Below, piece after piece: positions 57,547 to 64,000 of a stretch of DNA of 64,000 bases. Each line of letters begins with the position of its first letter. Positions within the stretch are counted from its first letter, which is position 1. Origin of the DNA: Alphaproteobacteria bacterium (GTDB lineage Bacteria; Pseudomonadota; Alphaproteobacteria; Rs-D84). Below the pieces are notes generated by a model, which ran no database searches, had not been told where the DNA came from, and saw only the letters and a list, made by a program, of their open reading frames with translations. The stretch spans positions 32,443-96,442 of the forward strand of contig JAWPOF010000012.1 in NCBI GenBank assembly GCA_033345275.1, written 5' to 3'. A program made the position numbers and the translations under genes.

Positions 57547-57624
57547 ATTTAATTCTTTGGTTTATTGTGTTTGCTTATAACAGCGCAAAAAAAGTATTCT
57601 GTCAAGTTTTTTGTGAAAAAATGT

Positions 57625-57843
57625 TCAATTGTCGCCTGTGCGCAAAATCATCTGGTTCAATATCCACACGCGTACCGCAGATGACAGGTTGGTGTCGGGC
57701 GCACGTGCGGCATCGATTTCATTTATTATCTGGGCAACCGGTTTGTTGTAATGTACGGCCAACGCATGCAGTGCGTCGATAAATTCGGGTTCCAGGGTAA
57801 TGCTGGTTTGGTGGCCTGATAAAGATATCGATATTTTCTTCAT
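57625..57843 (-). CDS. Ribbon-helix-helix protein (RHH_4)
   Basis: SISLSGHQTSITLE.EF..AL, NLSSAVRVWIL. Confidence 0.9.
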   Translation of the reverse strand: MKKISISLSGHQTSITLEPEFIDALHALAVHYNKPVAQIINEIDAARAPDTNLSSAVRVWILNQMILRTGDN

Positions 57844-58278
57844 TCAGATTTTTCCCGCAATAAGACAATCAATCAATGCACGATATGGGTCTTCGTATTT
57901 GCGCAGTGGGGATAATGTCAAGTTATCCAGCATAAAGCACGTGCCAAATGCGTCAAATGTAAACCAAAATAAATCGTTGCGGCCGAATACAGTCTTGCCC
58001 AATATTTTGGAATTGATTAATGCGTCTTGGTTAATTTGAACGATTGTCGGAATCGGATAGCGCAAGCCCTGTGGTAACTCGTTCGGGCCAAAAATGCAAC
58101 CGTTGCCTAAAATAATGCCACCCGTTTTTGTGTAAAGGTTAGACATAAATGCAGGCAACATTGCATGCCGCCTGTGTTGAAGTGTTGTGTTCGTTAATGC
58201 AATCTGGTGTAAAGAAACCGCATCCGTCAGGTGTGCGCCTCGGGATTTTATATATGATAAAAATTCGTCAGTTGTCAT
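57844..58278 (-). CDS. SMI1/KNR4 (SUKH)-like protein
   Basis: LP.F...LY...GG...NG..IFG pattern, VFG.ND. Confidence 0.55.
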   Translation of the reverse strand: MTTDEFLSYIKSRGAHLTDAVSLHQIALTNTTLQHRRHAMLPAFMSNLYTKTGGIILGNGCIFGPNELPQGLRYPIPTIVQINQDALINSKILGKTVFGRNDLFWFTFDAFGTCFMLDNLTLSPLRKYEDPYRALIDCLIAGKI

Positions 58279-58293
58279 TTTTTTTTACCATTA

Positions 58294-58797
58294 TTATATG
58301 TCGCGACTGGATGCAATTTGTGCGCCAATTTGTGCCAATCTGTCCTCGGTCGCGTTGCCACCGTCGCCACCGCCAGCAGTATGTGTTGGCAGATATATCT
58401 TTTGTGAAGGGTTGGGTAACCATATGGTTTTTGCGTCAGATTGGGCGATAATAAATCTGTCCATGTTGTATGAATGTGGGAATGTCCAGCACATGAACAT
58501 ATTGTCTGTTTCCAGTTTGCCACCCCATATCAATGGTGTACGAAAACGAATCGATATGTTCTGGGGCAGGGCGCGACCAGTTATGATATTCATAAACTCG
58601 TCCTGGGATAAATCCATAAATGCCAATGTTTCAACAGAATCTGTTAACGATAACATGAAATCATGGCATAATGATTTATACTGGGAAAACCAATTAGATG
58701 AAACCGGGCATGAAGTAGGGCGGATTTCAAACAGGGGTAAATCTGACATACCCATATCTGATATCATTTTTTCTGCGGTGCCTGCGTTCAGTTGCAT
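58294..58797 (-). CDS. Hypothetical protein with degenerate HNH-like segment
   Basis: IRFRTPLIWGG....NMF.C...H. Confidence 0.6.
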   Translation of the reverse strand: MQLNAGTAEKMISDMGMSDLPLFEIRPTSCPVSSNWFSQYKSLCHDFMLSLTDSVETLAFMDLSQDEFMNIITGRALPQNISIRFRTPLIWGGKLETDNMFMCWTFPHSYNMDRFIIAQSDAKTIWLPNPSQKIYLPTHTAGGGDGGNATEDRLAQIGAQIASSRDI

Positions 58798-59669
58798 TAA
58801 ATTTTCCCAATGTATTCGATAACAGTTGATATATAGGCCGAAAATGCATCAAAGTTTTCAATGTCATTTGGAGCCGTTGGAGGGTTTGGATGTGTATTCA
58901 TATATTGACGTAATGATTCAGGAGAGTCAAATGTTAATATGTTCGGTGCGCCAGGTGATGACGTGTCCGGCGCGTATAGTACAAACCCGTTAATGTTTAT
59001 GGTCAGGTCGTCCAATGTGTCAGAAAATATTTGGTCGATGACATCAATAGCCTTTTGCAGTGTTGATGTGGGAATGCCAACAGCGCCAATCCATAAAACC
59101 TCGTTATTGCCGATTGCCAGCAAAGGAATTGAAGTCCCGTCAATGCGGAATGTGGGTTTGGTGGTATAACCAGCAGTTTCGAAAATTTCACGAAGTTCAG
59201 GCCAATCGCTGGGGGGCGGGGTGGCTGTAGATGGTTGGGGGGGTGGGGTGAATAATTGGGGGGTGGTTGCCAGACTTAGACGCGGTGGACGAGTAATGTT
59301 TGCTTCGGATTGCGCCATGGTGGTCGGGGCCTGATTATAAGGCTGTGGTGATGTGACTGGTATGCTGTGTGTTGCCTGTGGTGGTATAACCACAGATGTT
59401 GGCTGGGGTTTGTGCCCAATATCCCTTTTGCTGGTAGGGCGGATGAATAAGTACAGGCCAAATATAATAACCGTTACAGATATAACCATAGATATGTAAA
59501 ATACCGGGGTAACCGGGGTTTGGGTCGCCTGCATATAGGCCAGGTGTTGCCAATGGGCAGATGAAAATATATTAAAGCCAAAACGGATGTTAAACCAAAA
59601 GCACATCACCAGGATTGAGACAAGCAACCACAAAATAGCCAGCAAAAAGTTATTTAATTTGTTTCTCAT
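58797..59669 (-). CDS. Membrane protein with Pro-rich linker and globular C-terminal domain
   Basis: Two N-terminal TMs, P/T-rich spacer. Confidence 0.75.
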   Translation of the reverse strand: MRNKLNNFLLAILWLLVSILVMCFWFNIRFGFNIFSSAHWQHLAYMQATQTPVTPVFYISMVISVTVIIFGLYLFIRPTSKRDIGHKPQPTSVVIPPQATHSIPVTSPQPYNQAPTTMAQSEANITRPPRLSLATTPQLFTPPPQPSTATPPPSDWPELREIFETAGYTTKPTFRIDGTSIPLLAIGNNEVLWIGAVGIPTSTLQKAIDVIDQIFSDTLDDLTININGFVLYAPDTSSPGAPNILTFDSPESLRQYMNTHPNPPTAPNDIENFDAFSAYISTVIEYIGKI

Positions 59670-59713
59670 AACAATTTTAATTGTATCATATTTATGATAA
59701 AGTAAAAAGTGTT

Positions 59714-60388
59714 ATGATTGATAAAAATGCAGTTTTTGATTTAATTGGGGCAAGTGGTGCACTGTGGTGCAGGACTGATATGGATGCTATGGATTTGGCA
59801 GATGCAGTGCAGTTTGTAAATGCGTGTCATTTGCCGGTGATGTCGGTTGCGCCAAATATGATTCAGACTGTTTGGGCGTGGTTGGAAAGCAGTAATGTGA
59901 AAATTATGACGCGCTTTTATCTGGAAGGAAAAAAGATTACAGAAAGTGCGATTTCTGATGTCGCCGTGCAGGTTAATACTGCATTGCGTCAGGGCGCGCA
60001 TGGGGCGCAAATATTTTTGACGTGCGCTATGTTGAAAGATTTGGTCGAACAGATTTATGTGGTGCGTGATGATTTGTTTTTTAATAAAGATTTAATTATT
60101 GGGTTTGATATCGGCGATGTCGGACCATTTGATTGGACAGATATATTTGCAAATTTACGCAAGATAAATGCTTCTGCTGTGGTGGTGGCTTTTACTTGTG
60201 ACACAGGGGATAAATCGGATTTTGTAGGGCGGATTTATGGTATGTTAAACGCGTGGAATGCGGAAAATAAATTTGATTTACATTTCGCGTTTGGCCCGAA
60301 TTTATTGCGTATAGAACAGGCGCAACGTCTGGTGGAAAGGTTGCAACCAGAACTGAAAAATAAATTGCGATTTTGGATTAATGTCTAA
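59714..60388 (+). CDS. Hypothetical protein, possibly degenerate DeoC-like TIM barrel
   Basis: Alternating beta/alpha pattern, ALRQGA.GAQIF; weak similarity only. Confidence 0.55.
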   Translation: MIDKNAVFDLIGASGALWCRTDMDAMDLADAVQFVNACHLPVMSVAPNMIQTVWAWLESSNVKIMTRFYLEGKKITESAISDVAVQVNTALRQGAHGAQIFLTCAMLKDLVEQIYVVRDDLFFNKDLIIGFDIGDVGPFDWTDIFANLRKINASAVVVAFTCDTGDKSDFVGRIYGMLNAWNAENKFDLHFAFGPNLLRIEQAQRLVERLQPELKNKLRFWINV

Positions 60389-60998
60389 GTATCAGATATT
60401 TTGGGGTGTCTGTGCCAGCCTTGTTTTTATGCTGGTATCGGGTTTGGATTATTTCCATGTCTGGAATTGTGGTGGTTAAATCTGTCGATTTAATCTGTTC
60501 CAGTATCCAATCAAAATATTCCCAATGGTCGGTGCCAATGATGATTTCGCCGTTGGCGGTTAAATATTTTGACAATGTATTTAAAAATTCCGCAGACAGC
60601 AGGCGACGTTTTTCATGGCGGGCTTTCGGCCAGGGGTCGGGGTGTAAAATCCAGATTTGTTCGAATCGCGAATCGGTTTTGCGCAGGAAATCACGAACGT
60701 CGTCCGCCCAAATACGAATGCCCGAATATTCGTCCAAAATTCGATTCGTTTTTTCATCGGTTATTGCAGACAGCAGGGATGCCACGCCATTCATAAATGG
60801 TTCGGCCCCAATAATAATTTTGTTCGGATTTGTGCGCGCCAGGGCGCGTACGTGTTCGCCCGCCCCAAAGCCAATTTCCAAAATGTCGCCAGTTGTTGGT
60901 TTTAATGTTGGCAAAACTGTGTCAATCAATGTTTGTTGACGGGTGGATAATTTTTTGCCGTGGCGGCGACCAAATGTTCTTATTTCTTGTTTTTCCAT
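60378..60998 (-). CDS. trmB: tRNA (guanine-N7) methyltransferase TrmB
   Basis: LEIGFGAGEH, PDPWPKARHEKRRL, TD...Y, TRY. Confidence 0.95.
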   Translation of the reverse strand: MEKQEIRTFGRRHGKKLSTRQQTLIDTVLPTLKPTTGDILEIGFGAGEHVRALARTNPNKIIIGAEPFMNGVASLLSAITDEKTNRILDEYSGIRIWADDVRDFLRKTDSRFEQIWILHPDPWPKARHEKRRLLSAEFLNTLSKYLTANGEIIIGTDHWEYFDWILEQIKSTDLTTTIPDMEIIQTRYQHKNKAGTDTPKYLILRH

Positions 60999-61046
60999 AG
61001 TTTTAGTATAGAATTGAGTAATTAAAAACACAAGGAATATATAGAT

Positions 61047-61604
61047 ATGATTGAATTTCCAAAACGAATCGATTGTGGTGATTTTGAGTTGGTTAAACCG
61101 GTGGCCACTTTTAATAAAGCACAAGAATTCTTTGATATTGTTAAAAAAAACAGGGATTTTTTATCCCAATGGTTGGAGTGGACAGACTTTTATTCCAAAC
61201 CAGAGGATGCATATAATTATCTTAAAACCATAGAGCCCTTGGACGAGCCGTCATATTTGATTCAAGTTGATGGTAAAATAGTTGGTGGTCATGGTTTTGT
61301 TATGTTTGGCGAAAGACATAGGACGGCGGAATTGGGGTATTGGTTGGCACCACAATTTAATGGTCGTGGGTATGTCACACGTGGAATTAAATATTTGGAA
61401 GATTTGGCGTTTGGGAAACTTGGGATAAACAGAATCCAAATTCGTGTAGATGCAGAAAATATAAAGTCGCAGTCAGTGGCAGAACGTTCAGGTTATGTGA
61501 GAGAGGGGGTGTTGCGCGGTTCGTATGTTTTGCGTGGCGTATCTTGTGATACAATAGTGTATTCAAAACTAAAATCAGAATGGGAAAAAGGGAAACAAAA
61601 ATGA
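61047..61604 (+). CDS. GNAT N-acetyltransferase (RimL/RimJ type)
   Basis: AELGYWL....GRG, N..S..VAER.G...EG.LR. Confidence 0.9.
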   Translation: MIEFPKRIDCGDFELVKPVATFNKAQEFFDIVKKNRDFLSQWLEWTDFYSKPEDAYNYLKTIEPLDEPSYLIQVDGKIVGGHGFVMFGERHRTAELGYWLAPQFNGRGYVTRGIKYLEDLAFGKLGINRIQIRVDAENIKSQSVAERSGYVREGVLRGSYVLRGVSCDTIVYSKLKSEWEKGKQK

Positions 61605-63178
61605 GAACGGGTTTGTCAAAGGATTTAATTGCACGTGTGTTAGGTGCGACACCAAAATATACATTGGATGAATTAGAAGCAAAGTTTCCGCCACGTAATT
61701 TGCCTGATGGGGCGTTTGTGACACGTTTTGCGCCCAGCCCAACGGGATATATGCATATCGGTGGGCTGTATGGGGCATTGATTGACTGTAAATTGGCCCA
61801 GCAATCGGGTGGCGTGTTTATGCTGCGAATCGAAGATACTGATACCAAGCGCGAGGTTGCAGATGCCGTGCAAATTATTAATGCATCTATGGACCGATTC
61901 GGTTTGAAATATAATAATGTGCCAGAATATGGGCCGTATTATCAATCGCAGCGCAAGGATATTTATCACAGTGTTGTCGCACATTTGTTGGAAAATGGGT
62001 TGGCGTATCCTTGTTTTTTGTCTGCAGATGATATGGAAAAAATTCGTGAAAATCAAAAGGCGGCAGGTTTTGCAACAGGTATCTATGGTGAATTTGCGCG
62101 CGACAGAAATTTAAGTGAAGATGAAATTATTGCAAATTTAGATAGGGGGTTGGTGCCGTCGATTCGTTTGTATTCGAATGGTAATCCAGAACAGCGTATT
62201 TTCTGCAAGGATGCGGTGCGTGGGTCGATTGGTTTCCCGGAAAATAACGAAGATATTGTTTTAATTAAATCAAATGATGGGTTGCCAACGTATCATTTCG
62301 CGCATTTATGTGATGATCACTTTATGCGTACGACTCATGTTATTCGCGGTGAAGAATGGTTGCCGTCGTTGCCGTTACATGTTCAGTTGTTCCGTATGAT
62401 GGATTGGTGTGCACCGCTGTATATTCATACATCGACTATTGATAAAATTGATGAAGAGTCAGGCAAGCAACGCAAACTGTCAAAGCGCAAAGACCCCGAG
62501 GCAAATGTTGCGTTCTTTTTAGAGGCAGGATGGCCCGTAGAATCCGTGATTGAATATCTGGGCAATATCGCTGCGTCGGGTTATGAAGAAGCCAAGATGA
62601 AAGGACAGGTTAAATCATTCTGGGATTATGAAATGCGCGCCAAAAAGATTCCTATGTCGGGTGCGTTGTTTGATATGAAAAAATTAGAATGGTGGGCCAA
62701 GGAATTTATTGGGTCATTGCCTGTGCCGGATTTGGTTGCGCGTGTTGTAAATTGGGCAAATGAATATGGAAACAATGCGCAAAGAGCAATGTGCAAAGAG
62801 CAAAATTATTTAACGTCAGTTTTAAGTATTGAACGTGATAATCCAAAGCGTGTGCGTAAAGACTTTATCACATGGTCCCAGACATTGGAAAATGTTGCGT
62901 TTTTCTGGGATGAATTGTTTGTGCCGAATTCTGAATACGAATTTAATATGGATGTGTTGCGTGAATTTTTGGCGACCTATGACGCGACGGATGACAAGGA
63001 TACTTGGTGGACCAAGATAGTTGCGGTGGCAGAAAAATGTGATGTTAAAAATGGTGATGTGGCAATGAACCTGCGTGTGGCATTGGCGGGACGTACAAAT
63101 ACACCAGACTTGTATTCTATTATGTCAGTTATGGGCGGGGAACGCGTGGTTAAACGAATCAAAGGGGCAATAAAATGA
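61601..63178 (+). CDS. gltX: Glutamyl-tRNA synthetase
   Basis: RFAPSPTGYMHIG, LRIEDTD, PTYHFAH..DDH, RGEEW, KLSKR. Confidence 0.95.
   Translation: MRTGLSKDLIARVLGATPKYTLDELEAKFPPRNLPDGAFVTRFAPSPTGYMHIGGLYGALIDCKLAQQSGGVFMLRIEDTDTKREVADAVQIINASMDRFGLKYNNVPEYGPYYQSQRKDIYHSVVAHLLENGLAYPCFLSADDMEKIRENQKAAGFATGIYGEFARDRNLSEDEIIANLDRGLVPSIRLYSNGNPEQRIFCKDAVRGSIGFPENNEDIVLIKSNDGLPTYHFAHLCDDHFMRTTHVIRGEEWLPSLPLHVQLFRMMDWCAPLYIHTSTIDKIDEESGKQRKLSKRKDPEANVAFFLEAGWPVESVIEYLGNIAASGYEEAKMKGQVKSFWDYEMRAKKIPMSGALFDMKKLEWWAKEFIGSLPVPDLVARVVNWANEYGNNAQRAMCKEQNYLTSVLSIERDNPKRVRKDFITWSQTLENVAFFWDELFVPNSEYEFNMDVLREFLATYDATDDKDTWWTKIVAVAEKCDVKNGDVAMNLRVALAGRTNTPDLYSIMSVMGGERVVKRIKGAIK
62773..62804 (+). repeat. 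Heptamer tract inside gltX
   Basis: CAATGCG CAAAGAG CAATGTG CAAAGAG CAAA. Confidence 0.7.
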
Positions 63179-63912
63179 CACAGTCAAAGCGGGCACGTAT
63201 TCGTGCAGTGAAAAAAGATGAGCATGGATCAAAATTGTTAAAGGTTTTGCGTGCAACAGGTTTGTTTCGTTGGGAAAAACCGTCAACACACGCCGAAGAA
63301 GTTGTAAATATTTTAACGCATGGAATTGGTATTGGATTGGCTATTGCGGCATTGACGTTGCTGGTCGTGTTTGCAGGGTTAAAGGGTGATCCGTGGGCAA
63401 TTGTTTCGTGTGCTATTTTTGGCGTGACGATGATAACGCTGTATTTCGGATCCACGATGTGTCATGCAACCATTGGTAAAAAGCATGAATGTTTTTTTGA
63501 GGTGTGGGATAGTGTTGCAATTTATGCATTGATTGCAGGTACTTATACGCCGTTTTTGTTGGTGAATCTGCGTGGGCTGATTGGTTGGACGGTGTTTGGA
63601 ATATTGTGGGCGATTGTGTTGTTTGGGTCATATATGAAGATTAAAAATCCACATCAACAGCCAAAATGGATGGTAGGTTTATATGTTGCGATGGGGTGGA
63701 CATTATTGTTCATTTTACCAGCAATGATTCGCAGTATTCCAGAACGCGGATTGTGGTTTATTTTGGCGGGGGGATTGGCATATACAATTGGTGTGATATT
63801 CTATCTGTGGCGGCGGATGAAGTTTTCGCACGGCATCTGGCACCTGTTTGTTATTGGAGGAACGGTTTGTTTCTTTTTTGCCGTTCTGTTCGGTTGCATC
63901 TTGGATTTATAA
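63175..63912 (+). CDS. Hemolysin III (PAQR/TrhA) family membrane protein
   Basis: EE..N..TH, ST..H, D...IY.LIAGTYTP, HGIWHLFV. Confidence 0.93.
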   Translation: MTQSKRARIRAVKKDEHGSKLLKVLRATGLFRWEKPSTHAEEVVNILTHGIGIGLAIAALTLLVVFAGLKGDPWAIVSCAIFGVTMITLYFGSTMCHATIGKKHECFFEVWDSVAIYALIAGTYTPFLLVNLRGLIGWTVFGILWAIVLFGSYMKIKNPHQQPKWMVGLYVAMGWTLLFILPAMIRSIPERGLWFILAGGLAYTIGVIFYLWRRMKFSHGIWHLFVIGGTVCFFFAVLFGCILDL

Positions 63913-63918
63913 ATAAAG

Positions 63919-63943
63919 ACCCCACCGTTTGGTGGGTTTTTTT
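63919..63943. terminator. Terminator between convergent genes
   Basis: CCCACC-GTTT-GGTGGG followed by a T run. Confidence 0.75.
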
Positions 63944-63945
63944 GT

Positions 63946-64000
63946 TTAGCCTTTGCGGGATTCGTATTCTTCTTGTTCTTCAACGGTCATGGTGGCAAGG
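63946..64000 (-). CDS. 3' end of an unidentified gene running off the window
   Basis: Open frame LATMTVEEQEEYESRKG-stop ending at the terminator. Confidence 0.45.
   Translation of the reverse strand, partial: LATMTVEEQEEYESRKG

Noticed and set aside
7168-62056. Long antisense ORFs in the ORF track (e.g. 7168-7824, 18145-18792, 36900-37622, 41949-42674, 50845-51501)
   Set aside because: Shadows of well-supported genes on the opposite strand, with no recognisable motifs.

Overview
Chromosomal window of an Alphaproteobacterium (MucR/Ros, SecB, RHH_4, DUF721, alpha-type elongator tRNA-Met). The short intergenic gaps, shuffled operons and many Cys-rich secreted orphans suggest a streamlined host-associated lineage such as Rs-D84/Enterousia, which is an inference only. 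It carries housekeeping genes (mnmE, ruvA, yebC, thrS, tatA, serS, trxB, xerD, lptG, greA, mutL, yajC-secD-secF, secB, mltA, ruvC, recA, typA, ftsK, rarA, trmB, gltX), two tRNAs, a surface-polysaccharide cluster and an accessory region after tRNA-Met (about 25.6-32.3 kb). The main finding is two tiny uORFs of shared design in front of two aminoacyl-tRNA synthetase genes: MKMFGLFFMTTTTTPLGV before thrS and MKTGFVFFSSISSPLGE before serS. Each has a run of the cognate amino acid, the same covarying NCCCC-GTTG-GGGGN hairpin, and a second sigma70-like promoter just after the stop. This points to a shared, non-classical amino-acid-sensing control of aaRS genes. Other findings: three ~110-bp hairpins with conserved geometry but unrelated stems, small repeats inserted in frame in mnmE, mutL and gltX, both tRNAs with C55 in the T-loop, a C4-antisense-like leader ahead of a Ntox44-like gene cluster, a YbeY-Lnt fusion, a lysozyme-TPR membrane protein and a probably dead S41 protease. 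All family calls come from motif recognition; no searches were run.
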